64,000 bases of DNA from Acanthaster planci (taxonomy: Eukaryota), in assembly GCF_001949145.1 (NCBI RefSeq), contig NW_019091357.1, positions 2,766,859-2,830,858 of the forward strand, in the 5' to 3' direction. The notes beneath the pieces are model-generated. The model was not told the DNA's origin and did not search any database. It was given only the letters and a program-made list of their open reading frames with translations. Positions 1-13,300 of the stretch are shown here, piece by piece. The first letter of the stretch is position 1, and every line of letters starts with the position of its first letter. Position numbers and translations under genes: made by a program.

Positions 1-720
1 GCTTACTAGTGCAGCTTGTGAGTTTTTTCGCAAGCTCTCGGCCAAGCACTGAGCATACAGTGCTTATTAATATATACGTTGGGTAAGGGCAAAATCTGTT
101 TTATAAATTAACATCTCCCCAACGCAAAAAAAATACCTGCTTGAATTTAGATGAATAAAAATGTTTCTTTTACGATTCAGCATCTACTAGTATAAATATT
201 AGCAAATGCTTTATGTTTGTGGCTGACTGCACTGCGAATGGTTTTGCGCAATAGGGCTTCATATGTCTGCACGTCCAGACTCACACAGTTCAGCGCGGTG
301 CTGAATCTTGAGACCTCAGCATGGCAGATAAGCACGATGGCAGTAATTTTGATCGCAATAACCCTGAAGAAAATTGCTCTGCCACTCTCAAATCGGTACA
401 TCTGCCTGCATCTGGTTTCTTGAGATTCCCTCCTGAAGACATAGAGCCTTTCCTTTCGAATGACATTCATGAACGCTGCAATTTTGAACATTAGTGAATG
501 CTCCTCGTTTTCAAGCTTGCCCTGACCCAGTCTTGAAAAGTGTCAAATAAATACTCCGATTCTGTAGAACCTACTCCTTTTATTCATACAAAATGAAGCA
601 ACTGCTTATTGTCAAGTTCTCCTGAGCATGAGTCCAACGAGTGTGTATTGGCTGTGTCTATCGTCTCGTTTTCCACCTTGTCCTCTCTAAAATTCCGGAA
701 TCGTTCGATGACGGACTTAC

Positions 721-2030
721 CAGGCCCCTTCCCCAGTAGGTGTCGCCGGAAAGTGAGATGCCTGCACATATGATGTTTCCCGCTGCGATGCAAGCCGCCA
801 GTATGGACATCACCATGCATCCTGTGGCCTGCGGAGGGAAGAGGAGCAAAGGATGGAATGGCAACCAAGGAGGCAAACAACACACAGCACGACGCTGTGC
901 GCGCGCAGTGCAACATCCTGCAGCACTGCACTGCGCGTCCCGGCACGACACAGTATTTCAACAAGACACCAAAGAACTCCACCAACTCAACATCATTAAC
1001 ATAACACCTCTGCAGTGTCAACCACCCGTTTATATTGTTGCACTAGATCACAATGCAACTCTCAACAAAGTCATTATTATTGTCATCATTTTGTCATCCC
1101 TGCCAGCCAATGTTGTCGTCGATGTCGCCACCATTGATGCTTACTGATTCGCAGTGACATTTGTGAAAGTATCAAACGCGAGACTTCTCGTTGAAACAAC
1201 CAACTTTGCTTTCTCTCGGAAAGCTTGACAAAATGGATACGAACAAACAGTTTACAGCCGAGAGCACAGACTTGTTGGCTTTTTAAAAACGTTGTTTCTA
1301 TACACTAGGCTTACAGGTCGTTATTACGACGGGCACTCAAGGCCATGGGGACAAAATTTCCATCACAATATGGAGTTCATACTGAATGCAATAAAAAAAA
1401 TCCAGAGGCTCTTTATCAGATGGTCTGTAAAACTAACTCCTACCTGACATCTTCGCTTAGACACAGCTGTTGTCACGGAAACAATTCCCAAGATCCCAGC
1501 AGGGAGGTAAAACTGATAACAATAGAAAGAAATGTAATTGTCTTTGGGTCTTTTGAATAGACATGTCTTTAACATAACAAAACAAAATCCCGAAAAAGCT
1601 TCAAAATTTGCTTCCCTGCTTGTAATCCAAACAGAACTCGGCGCTCCAGATATTCTACTATTAGACGGAAATTTCATCATAAAATGCCTTAATTTGATTG
1701 TCTGACTTATTATCCCATCCTAGTCTTTATCCCAGAAAATAGCCAATCAGCTGGACCGTAACGTACGTCTAAAAAACACTTTGATATTGGAAATCTCACC
1801 ACTAGCCCTCCCCAAATGGGACTGGCTATGAAGCTGAGATAGGACTGAAATAGGATGTTGACAATCCCCACGGCTACCGAGACGCCTGTGAGAACGATCT
1901 GGAGGATCCCGAGCGACTTGGCTCCGCAGGAGTACTTGCTCGGCCCGGGTTGCGGGGCTGGAGGAGCTAGCACCTGCATCTGTACGGCTGGGGCGGGAGG
2001 CGGGTACGCGACGACTTGACCGGGCTGCAT
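721..2030 (-). CDS. MS4A/CD20-like tetraspan protein, gene 1 (partial; remaining 3' exons not found, probably beyond the window start). Coding exons 2030-1800, 1512-1444, 828-721
   Basis: Exons of 231, 69 and 108 nt with GT-AG borders, all phase 0: MQPGQVVAYPPP...KSLGILQIVLTG...SPIWGGLV / FYLPAGILGIVSVTTAVSKRRCQ / ATGCMVMSILAACIAAGNIICAGISLSGDTYWGRGL. They match the other paralogs exon for exon. Family call is from motif recognition, not an HMM search. Confidence 0.85.
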
Positions 2031-2351
2031 CGCGACAGATCTTCTGTCAAAATTGAGCACTGCGGATGGAAAAATGGATAATCCAACTACACTCCATTTA
2101 CACTATATGCTTGTGTAAATAAGCGAAGGAAATTAGGTCAAGTAAAAAATATATTTAGCGTCTAGGCTTTTGATAAAAGGAGGAAGACAGGCTTTTGATT
2201 TTCTATTTTCAAGATGGCCGTTTTTCCTTTTTACTTTCTTGATAACTGTTCATTTTTCCACTGTTCAAAGACTAAAACCTGAAAGTGACATGTTGGCCAA
2301 GGAAATTACTTTGTTTGCTTTTCTTCTGCTACAGCTGCTATTGTACATATT

Positions 2352-2460
2352 GAGCGAAATCGACCCATACCAAACGCGCATCGGGTCGACAGAATTCGCG
2401 CACCGTGATTGGCCAACGCGTTGCAAACTCTTGGGGGCGAACTATTGTGAATCACCCGAA
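2352..2460. mobile_element. Partial MITE M1 copy (right arm); another right arm at ~44295-44372
   Basis: gggtcgacagaattcgcgcaccgtgattggccaacgcgttgcaaactcttgggggcgaactattgtgaatcacccg matches the M1 right arm. Confidence 0.75.
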
Positions 2461-3163
2461 TTCAACGCTGGAACTGCTCAACAACAAAGAAAAGCAGAGT
2501 CAAGAAGGCTATTTGTGCCTGGAATTCGTTATAGCATGTTATGATGGGTGACAACTGCACACGTTCTGTCTGCGTAGTAGTGTGCCAGAACATTATTTTG
2601 TTTATACGACACATGAGGGCAAAGCACAACGTAGCAGCGGTTTGGTTTGATTTACCATCATCAATGAAAGAGGGTATCCTTTCTAAGGAATTTTCATGGA
2701 CACAGGCCAATTTTTTCCATTCCCTATTTATTTTGAGATCCCACTGGCCCCGTGACACCCATCACATGCGTTTCAGGGTACAATAATCACCGTTCTAATC
2801 TCTTGACTAGGTCTGTTCTCGTAAAGGTCCACTGTGCATGGATGTTTAGCCTTCAGTTAATCTGTGATATAAGATAAAAAATGTCAATCGACAAAAAGTT
2901 ATCACCGACTCACCTTGTGTGGACCAGTCTGGCACCTTTGCTTCAAAGTAATTATTATGCGGAAGGACAACAAACCACACGCAAAATGGCCGACTGAGCA
3001 CGCACACGCAAACCAATCGACAAAATGGAAGCTCTGTGACGTGACGAGAATGATTCACCGTCACGTGTCTGCCGCTGCAGCACTGTACAAAAATTGCTCG
3101 CAAGACTGCATCCGATTGATTAATAAAAGGTTCAAAGTTCAAGTACAAGTGCAGAGCTAGGAC

Positions 3164-3357
3164 TACGGAGGTGCAATTAGGACATGACTGACCCAAAAGA
3201 CTTGCCCACTAATTCGCCCAGGCGGATTAGTATTTAGCGGGGGCGAATTATGTCTCGGCTGCGGTTGGACTGCAATTTCGCCCAGGAGAGATGCTAATCT
3301 GCCCAGGTGGATCAGTGGGCCAACTGTTTTCAGTCATGTCCTAAATACACTTCCGTA
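3164..3357. mobile_element. MITE (~190 bp) with long terminal inverted repeats, TA at both ends
   Basis: tacggaggtgcaattaggacatgactga ... tcagtcatgtcctaaatacacttccgta are near-perfect inverted repeats; the interior is also palindromic. Confidence 0.8.
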
Positions 3358-5158
3358 TAAATACGCCTTCAGGTGACATAATTATGACGAGCTTTATCAC
3401 ACGTGTATTCTGCAGGGGTCGGCGCCCGGGTAATAGTTCAGCTGCGTGTATGTACGACACAAGCTGAGTGATTGATTGACCAACAATGACCCATGTTTTA
3501 AAACACAATTTTACGACACTGAGTATTTATCAGTTTTTAATTTCTTTGTACATATACACTTGGTACAGACAGACATGAAGTAAGGTGGATGTAGGTATAT
3601 TCTGTCAGATATGACCCCTAGCAGGACAGTAATATAACAGAATTGGTGTCAAGGGCTGGGTAAAATTCCAATTACATGTACGCCTGTACGTGTAGCTGCT
3701 CAAACAGCGCGTTTTTGCGGTCACATTTGAACTTGAAAGTGTTGACCTCGTGATTGGTCGATTACTCGATTCTTGCGCTTATGGATAATTTCCGGTTTGT
3801 TTCGCCTCCGTGTAGTCATCAGAAAATGAGAGAATGAGAAGATTAGGTTTCAAAATTCGGAGTAATTTAAAACATTTTTGATTGATCATTTTTATCCTAT
3901 TTTGACCGACGTATTTCATCTTGTTGCTTTTGTTTTCTCCTGTTAAATAAAAACCGCTTGAAAGGAAAGAGGACTTCCACAGAAAGTGGACAACTTCGAT
4001 TTTTTAATTCCTCCAGCCGTCTGTCCCCTATCGTGAATGGAATTCTCTCAACAATATATGGTTGAACCATGTGTAATTGAACTCGGGAGCAATCAGGATG
4101 ATCAGATACAAATGGTGCAATTCTGCTCGATGCACTTCAAAATTCAGCTAAATCGGACACAAATCTGTCAAATCACTTAATATTAAACAAAATGCATTAT
4201 AACTACTTTGAATTACATTTACATGATAAATAAGTGCCTAATCACGATTGATATTTACCACGTTATCGTTAGTTGTAGATGGGTATTCATAACAGCCGTT
4301 GATCGTGGCTTAGGACAATTAGACTGGGTCGAACCTGGAAATATTTGGTAATAATTCTGCAGTATGACGTCTGGGCACCTTACAACTTCAACGCATACAT
4401 TGGCCAACCTGTCCCGCTGTGCATAAACTCAACAAAAATCATGATTTGCTTGGGAAAAAATCGTTCAAAACATCATATCTGCTAAATTTTTCTGCTAGAA
4501 TTCGACTTTTTTCACAATGCTGCTGAAAATCCCCTAAAAGTACTCACTCTGTTCAGTTTTCTGTCAAAAGCAGTTTTTTTCGGAAAAAAAACCTGTCGAG
4601 TTTAGCCGAAAATCTGTTAAGATAGTCACCCTGGCAGCGATGTACTGTCCAAGCCGAGTAAAGCATTTGCGCTGCTTGGTACATGGTCCAAGCTGTGAGC
4701 TTCTTTTTTTTATTGCTGCCTATTATTTTTTTTTATCGCCAAAGATGGACTTTGGAAACCTGTACTTGACACTTGACAATTCGTTTGCTCGAAATTTGAC
4801 CACATGACCTTTCGAGCCAGCGTTGTACTGTTCGAGGGATAGAGGGCGGAGCCGTCAAAGACCCATGGCCTGCCTGGTACCTTAATATTTCATTTGTTCC
4901 TCTATCTATGCGGGTAAAATTATCTTTCGGCCATTTTGGTCTTAGGTCAGACCAACTGGTATCGTGGTTCCTCTCGAGTAAGTAAAACCTTCGTTCTCTT
5001 TATTAAAAAAATCCTGCCTAATTTTCTCTTCATTTACAGTTTGTTGGTTGGACTGCAATAAAGTATTGGATATGACACTTTAAATTTATAATCATCCTTT
5101 CATTACGTTATTTTTTTTCCTCTACAGTTTATTAAAAGACATACGTGAAGAGACCAAC

Positions 5159-8100
5159 ATGCAGGCGGCTGCTCCACCGATTCAGACCGTGCAGATGCAG
5201 GTGGCCGCTCCGCTGCTTCTCCGACGCACGCGCAGCCGGTACTCCTGCTCGGTCAAGTCGCTGGGCATTCTACAGATCGTCCTGTCGGGGGTTTCTGCCG
5301 TTTTGGGTATTTCATCGGGTGTTATGTTTACCTGGTACACTCTCACAACTGTGTGTTCTGCTGCTTGGGGAGGTGTCTTTGTAAGTTTTCTCGTTCAGTA
5401 TACTTAAAAAAGGTTGTAACTCGGGTCTTTCATCGCACAGGAAAATGTGAAAATTCCAGCAGTTGAATGACGAAGTGGAACCACGAATTAATGGAACTTT
5501 ACCAAAGTACTGAGTATGATTTGTTGCACAAATAACGTAAAAGAAACCTGATTTCGGGGCGGATATAACTTTCATATGATCCCAGAGACTGGGCTAGATG
5601 TACCCCAAAACCCACAGTAGACAACAGCCTTTGTATCCATAAACAATGTGCATGCTCGGTTGAATGCTAAGTTAATTAATTCATGTGGAGTGCCATGCGG
5701 GCATTTACATCGCAGGATAATTAGGCCCCCGTTTATGAAAATGCAACAACAAGACATGCACGGTAGTAGGCAGATTGTACGTGCAAGTTGTGTGGTTTTA
5801 TTGGAAGGTCATGTGACTTTGCGGTGCAATCTTTGAACAAGCGTTTCGGCAATACGGGGCCAGGCGTGTCAATCGAGGCCTCTTTTCATTTCAGTTTTAC
5901 CTCCCTGCCGGGATCCTGGGCATATTGTCCGTGACGCTGAGTGTCAGCTCCCGCAGATGCACGGTAAGACATTTGGCAATGTAAGCTTGAAATAAATGAC
6001 TTATTGTTGGACGGGGTGTTAGATGAAAAAGATAGCTGATCCGCACAACTTCCAGCGGATCGGAGGTAGGTACGTGTACGATGCTACAGCAAATGCGCCA
6101 GTCTCGAGATGACCATTTCTGAATCTCGCTCCATAAAAAATGCTTTATTGAATAAACACTAAAATGGGAGGAGCCCCGCTATTAATCCCATTAAATGACA
6201 GGTACCGCACTTTGAAAAACAATTTCCATTTTTAAAATAAAAGTGACGTGACTTTTTATCCAAAAAATGTACTACTCGTTCGAGCGCACAAACCGCATGT
6301 AATTTATCCTTACTTCATAATCCTTTTTCTCATACGTCTGAAGTATATTTAGAACTGTTGGTACAGCGGTTACCTTTTTTTTAAATAGGGAAGAATGTAA
6401 AATGTATGTGGCCTCATTTCGAGGTGAAAGGTGTTAAAAAATGATGATTGGTTGGTAGGCGTCAGCTGATCTTCGTACGTCACCTGACAACATCGGCTCA
6501 CCATCGAGCTACCCGGTGAAATCTCGTAATACAAGGCTCCTGGTTGCTCCAAATCTGAAAGTAAAGAGGAGACCGTTGCTTGATTTGTGTAGCAGGACAG
6601 ATAGATCCATGCATGCCTCCTTTACTGTTACTCTTGTTGTTGGTTTCACCTTTGATGCTGCTGCCGTCGCTGCTGAAATTTTATTAACCTTCTTTTAAGA
6701 TTGTGCTTCTACACAATGTGAGGCAGTTTTTGTTTTATTTTATTCAACAGGCCATTGGATGCATGGTTATGTCCATTCTGTCTTCGCTTATTGCTGGTGG
6801 CAATATCATTCTGTATAGCATCGCCCTTGCTGATATGTACCCTCAAAGCAGCTATCACGAGGTAAGACAGGTTATGTAGATTAAACCAAGGAACTCTATA
6901 AAACAAGTCACCATTCGTCACCGTTTTCACAAAGAGACAAAAGACTTCTCCGAGGAGTTAAAATCAGGTTTCGAGAAAATCGCATTTAAAGTTGGTTTCA
7001 TTTGCAAACGAACACTTCCCCGAGACTTGACTTTCCCTGGACTACTAAAAGCTACCTCGTGGAAGATCGATCTTAAATGACACAGAAACCACCAAATCAC
7101 AGTTATACGAATCAATTAAAATTGTTCATTTTGTAATCAAACACATTTGCTTGTTTGTACACATTTGTCCGTGTGTACATTTTGTCTCTTTACAGAAACG
7201 GTCCGTATTGGCAAGTACCAGGCACAAATTGTGATTTTTTTTTCATTTCCTGAGTCACTTATGTCTCTTCGTGAAAACAGTCAAATGGATTTTGCCAAAA
7301 CTTTTGCCTATAGTAACGTAGTAGAGTTATATCTATGCATGGAGGACTACCTTTTCTCTTTGTGGAAACGGTAAATGCAAAATAAGTTGCTTTTTTGCCA
7401 TAGAGATCATCGTGATTTGGCTGATTTGAGTAGATTTGGTAAAAAAAAAATATTTCACCACCTTGTAGGCAGTAGTTAGCTTCGGTTATTTTGCTTTAAA
7501 AAAACCAGAAATTTGAAAAAAAAACCGACTTGGGGAATTTTTCTTTCGTAGTGAAATGATGACCTTTTCTCCAGTGATGCAAACTCGAATGCATGTCCGT
7601 AGGGAAGATTAAAACAATGCATTACATCCTTTGTAAAGATGAACGGGCATCTCTCAGAGTTGATTTCGTTTTGAAGTTCAAGTTTATTTTGTTCTCGTCC
7701 TTTCCTCGCACGCCGTTCGTTTGGTCTGATTCGTCAGAAATACAATGCGACGCTGGCTCTGAATTCTCTCATAGCGGTCACTTCCCTGATGGAGCTGGTC
7801 GTGTCGATCGTTGCTGCCGTCTACTGCTGCTACGTCATGAAGGAATACCGGACCACCACCACCACGGTAACATTGATAAGGCCCAACCACTCAGGTTATG
7901 TCGAATGTGTCGAACGATAAGGACCTGAGTTCATCTAGCTATATGATCAATGTATACGCAGTGGTCAGTGTACAGCTCGAAATCTGGTGTTTCAAACGCA
8001 CCTTACCTTTGCCATTAATGAGCAAAACTCATTAATTGCAAAGGCAATTAAAGGCTCATTAAAGGCATTAGTGCTGATGACAAAATGCGAACACACTATT

Positions 8101-8497
8101 AGTCACATCGGTATCTACATCCAAGTTGCGCATGAGTGTAGTCGTCGGGTGCTTGTGAAAGTTCCATCCCTCATACGCAGTCTTTCCAATCTGTAAATTC
8201 GCATTCACCATATTTAATTTAATAAAAATGATAAAGAACATTTTACACATATATAAATAAAAATACAAGTTTGAAGTTTGAATTTGTTTTGAATCTGTTT
8301 TGTCGATTAAAAAAAATCAGATCCCGTATGTGCCAACGCAAGGGAACCCTCCGTTCTTTGTGTACAACCAACCGGTGGCCTTCTACCCAAACTCTGCTTC
8401 GCCTCCACCGATGTTAGTGGCCAACCAGGCTGCCACCGCCGTCCCCGCTCAACCCCCTAACTACGAGGCTGCCCCCAGCAACACACACCGTATATAG
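5159..8497 (+). CDS. MS4A/CD20-like tetraspan protein, gene 2 (~235 aa). Exons 5159-5380, 5895-5963, 6751-6861, 7738-7866, 8321-8497
   Basis: Five in-frame GT-AG exons with four hydrophobic segments. TM4 is LMELVVSIVAAVYCC and the Pro-rich tail has PPNY, ending at TAG 8495-8497. An alternative end is possible via a weak phase-1 donor (C|gtatat) to a mini-exon at 8705-8724 (RFIPSS*). Confidence 0.85.
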
Positions 8498-9846
8498 TAG
8501 ATGAGACGTGACGCCGAGGCTGTGCCCCGCAAGTTGGTCAAACATCGAGAAGTGTTTTATGAAGTGCAGGATTGTACAAGAAATTCTAATGTACATTCGA
8601 GATCCTGCTCGACTGGATAGCTTTCCAAATTATTCCAAAGCAAATTGTTTGGAGTGAAGTTTTGATGTGTGAAAGTAACTCTGTGAAATTCGCGTTCATT
8701 TCAGGTTTTATTCCATCATCCTGACAATCTTGTGGAATTTTGTTTGACGGTGAAAACCAGTTTTTTATTTGTTCTAAGCTGTCTATAGCAGACATTGGTA
8801 AGGACACGGTCATCTATAAGCTGGGTCCAGTAAAGACCTGTCGTTGACTGTTCAAAAAAGAGAGAGATTACTCATAGTCATGAAGTCTGTCGTGAATACG
8901 CGGCACCCACTCTATGATTGAACCTTTTAAAATTTCTTATGAGCTTGACTTTGAAAGAACACATACTTAATTTTGGGGTAGCTATTGATATTATTATTTC
9001 TAGAGCAAACACTAATTATACGTACAGTGAAGAAATAAGACAAATTATTTTGAAATACTCATCAATTAACTTGGCTCAAAACCTTATGACGATAGCGAAA
9101 ACCATTTTGAATAGGTCTGCGTTATTCTTATTCGTCATTCGTATCAACTACCGAGAGGCATTTGGATACGGTTGTTGCACCGCCATGGTTGTTACACGGT
9201 TCCTAATCACGACCAGGAAATGCAGCTTACCACCAACACGAGGAACATGAAGGAAAAATGCATTTTAGTTTGCGCCTATGCCACTTACAAATCTGTCTGA
9301 CCGTCGGGCTGTCTGTCTGGATGATGCAAGCATTCATATCATAAATCCATCAACACTTTCCCAATTGTCATGTTTCCAAGCTATACAGTGGAAGTAATAT
9401 ACACCGTGCGTTTGCATTTTCAATGTGTACAGAGGAATAATTTTCCAGATAAGTAACCTATTATACGTAGGCCTATACCCCCTTCTCTGCGGGAATGTGG
9501 ATTATTTTGTTGGTAAACAAAATGGGTAGTCGCCTTGACAAGGGTAAATGTCGGATCCGGTATACTATTCAACTGTTGGCTATGAGTGCATACTTATTCA
9601 GCGTTTCTTTCCTCTATTGTATATCAAGACCGTGTCAAGGGCACCCGGTTTCTCTCAGGGCAATTGACTAGTGTTATGACATAAAGCGGTTTATTGTTCG
9701 CTAACCTTTGACTGCCCTTTGAGGATTTTTTTTTTCGTTGGGTGCCCTTCACACAGACGCGTCCGCGTTCAACAATGCCGTGACGTGTGCGAGCTAGTTG
9801 GTGCCATCACCAGTTTTCACCGCGAATACACGTAGGCAATATCTCT

Positions 9847-9925
9847 CCGCCATTTTGGTTTCCCGAGGAAATCGGAGCAGTGTTTTCGGATTGTACTTGA
9901 TCTACAGGTTTGGTTTCAAGTAAGG
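9847..9925 (+). promoter_or_regulatory. YY1-like motif (CCGCCATTTTG) followed ~70 nt later by a splice donor (caa|gtaagg): putative non-coding first exon of gene 3
   Basis: The same motif + donor module lies upstream of genes 2 (4928/4978), 4 (18200/18273), 5 (26202/26282), 6 (29476/29547), 7 (38583/38655) and 8 (46035/46112), and on the - strand upstream of gene 1 (2981-2992/2913). Confidence 0.6.
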
Positions 9926-10313
9926 AAAACTTCCATTTTCCTGTATTAAAAACTATCCAAGATAACTTAGATTGGATTTATTGTTTCTCTGCAACAAATA
10001 CATGTACTAATAATATTAAATAATCAGCATTAATTGTCAGCACAGCAAGTGGTCTCTGTGTGTGTTGTATATGCAAAAATTATGATAACTCTAATCAGCA
10101 AATTTACCTTTTTGCGGGGACAGTTCGACCGAATTTTGACACGTTTGCCACGAGACGTCAGCAGGAAATCGCTCAAAAACGCACAAATGCGATGAATATC
10201 AGAAAGCCGTTTACAGGGTTTAGGCTTACCGTAGCTAGAATTAAGCAATTTATCCGAAGCTACGAGTTGTGCCTTTCCGATAGTCTCAGCAGGAGGAAAG
10301 TCAAAACACCACG

Positions 10314-13300
10314 ATGCAACCGGCTCCGATTCATACCGTGCAGATGCAGGTGGCCTCCCCGCAGCCTCCCCGGCGCAGCCGGTACTCCTGCTCGGTGAAG
10401 TCGCTGGGGATTCTACAGATCATCCTGGCCGGGGTGTCCGCCGTTTTTGGCATTGCATCCGCTGTAGCGACTTACCAGGGCATCGCAAATTTAGGATCTA
10501 GTGCTTGGGGAGGGCTCGTGGTACGTCTAGCATATGTTTCTTGTTTATTTCAAAAGTAATAAACTGCTATAGTTTATCATGTACTTCACCATTTCAGGAT
10601 TCCTTTGGAAAAAAATCACGGCGTTTTCCTCGGAAACGATCAGGAAAATGTCGTTCTTCAGATGTAGTTTGAAATTCTAAGATTTACAGACTCGATGCCA
10701 TTCTACGTACTCCATAACGCGCATGACTCAGTAGAAAGCTGAGAGGAGCCATGGGGACAGATCGTCGATACCAGAGGAAAACGAATATCGAGAGAGTCCA
10801 ATTTTCGATATTCGATAGTTTTTTATTTGCATTATACTGCGAATAAACACATGTTCCAGTTCCTCATCTCTACTTGTAAGAATGGTTCAGTGAAGAAGAG
10901 TGAAGCAATGAGGGAAACGTGAGATTGGATATTTAATATTTGTTTGTGTCTCTTCCATTTCAGTTTTACCTCCCTGCTGGAATCCTTGGCATATTGTCCG
11001 TTACTCTGAGTGTCAATTCACGAAGAGGCCTGGTAAGATATTGAGGTTTTGAATGAGATTAATAAACCAAATAGGAGTTTGAATAAATAACAGACCACCA
11101 AAACTCACAGAAGATCTGCGTGTTCTCAAGTGATATCCACAAACTCCTTGACTTGTAATGCACCCCCTCCCTTCCAACGCAGGTGTTACTGTCCATTTAA
11201 AAAAGGCCAACTAGTGCTCTTATTACTTGCCTTACACGGTTTCAAAGAGGACTAGGTATTCCTATCCTTTGTTTATTGGGGCGTATAGATCTTCCAAAGC
11301 AAATAGGATGACGTACTAACAAGCGCCGTCAAAAGAAGGGTGCGATTTTAAAAACCGTGTGATGATAAAATACTGCTAGTTGACATGTTATCTTTGAAAT
11401 GGAGAGTATTGCTTTCCCTTTGGGGGTTGTACGATACATGCTCACTCTTGACGGGTTCTGTTGGCCCTGAGCCGTGTAGAGAGTCACGACATGAATGTTA
11501 CCATTGCTGGAAACAAAATGGCAGTTGTATGCGCCCTTGCCCATGGACAGTTGGTAGGTACCGTTATTTACAGTTCATTGATCCAGAGCCATTTTTGAGG
11601 GGGGATGGGGGACAAAATCGTTCGCATTTAAACAGCTGCTCAGAAACGAACACCTGAACAAAATGGCTCTGTCTATGCAAAACAACCTCCACTTAACACA
11701 CTCTGATTTTTTTTCTTTTTTGGGGGGGGGGGGCATGGCCCCTTAGATCTACCCCTGCACACAATGAGCACCAATTTTGTTTCCAGAATCTCAAACTGGA
11801 GCTACTCTCAGGCTATATAAGGTCTGTTCTTTTGACGTCACTGTCGTGTTTTCTTGTACAAGTGGCTGCTAAAACTATAGTTGGCCGTCGGTACAAAAGT
11901 ACAAGAATATTTAAAAAGTCCACTCAGCTTCCAGAACACCAGACTCGTATTACTAAAGGCTAAATGAAAATGCCACCGTGCATTGAACTTTAATGGGATA
12001 AATTTTTATTTTGAACAAATTTGAGTTTAATTGGAAAACCAACCAGAAGGTGATATTTCTGCAAAGTTTGGCAGCCCACATACAAGTTGTGGTCTATAAA
12101 GAGCTCTGTAATGCCCCACCCAACAACACCACCACCTGAAACAGGCTCAGTCTTTCACTGATCAAAGTTGGGGCTCATCCAAACCTGCCCCTCAACCAGC
12201 TTCATGACCATTACGAGGAAGAATCAACACAGGTTGCTGCTAGTCGCAGTCCTTACGTCTAAACCCATCCGGCTTACAGCGGTGGAAGTTCAGTGTCATC
12301 GCCGCGTTTTATTAGATGTAGTTTGCACGCTATTTGTAGAATTATATTGGGGTAAACATTTGCCCAAGTTTGATGATGAGTTATGTTGTTTTGTTTCCAT
12401 TTCACAGGCTATTGCATGCTTGGTCATGTCCATTCTCTCGTCGATCATGGCTGGTACCAACCTCATAATGTACGGCATCGACATGGTGAACTTTGGCCCT
12501 AACGGCTACTACTATGGCCCTGTAAGATATGAAAAAAAAGGAAAATCACCACTCTGGTAATCGACCCCGGAAAAAGCATCTACGCCAAGAAATATTGTCG
12601 CCAATAAACAAAAAGTACTCCCAAATACCAACAACTTACGGTTTAGGTTTCTATTTTGGTGAAAATTGTTAGCCTCAGCCCTAACTAGGATGTAATAAAG
12701 GGTTCATTTCAATGATGATGATGTGGGACCCTCCTTTCCCAACCCCATAATCCCTTAACTCTTACACCCAAAGACGTCAGGGCTTTAACCATGCTGGCCT
12801 GATGGACTACCCCCAACCTCATCCCCTTCAAATTGCCCAATATTATCTAAGATGTCAGTAAATAATGCCTTTATTTTTTTGGGAGTATCCTTTTGACTGG
12901 ATGGGAATAACAGTAGAAAAGTGCCATAAATATGCCGTTCTGATGTAAAATTCTGCAGGCATAACTACCTATTGCAGAGGTACATCTGCAGCATGATTTT
13001 TGCACCCAGTACAGTTCCATATATCACTGAAAAATTGCTCGGGTTAAATTTAACCCAAGCGAGAGTGAAAGCTTCAACTACCCAATAGTTTGGGTTGTTT
13101 GGACCCAATTTGGGTGACTGAAATTAATTGAAACTGAAACGGAAAGTAATTCTCAACCCAGAATGGGATTAACACAGCCCATCTTGGGGTAGTTGCAGTT
13201 TTCACCCTGCCTGGGGTTAAAATTTAACCCAGGCAATTTTTCGGTGTAGTGTCAGCACCACCCCCACACGCTTTCAAATTTCCACAGCCGGGCAAGTCAA

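Noticed and set aside
177..491. Minus-strand ORF as candidate exon 4 of gene 1
   Set aside because: It lacks the ELVVSI...YCC motif, and the nearby acceptor read in phase 0 hits a stop after 15 codons.
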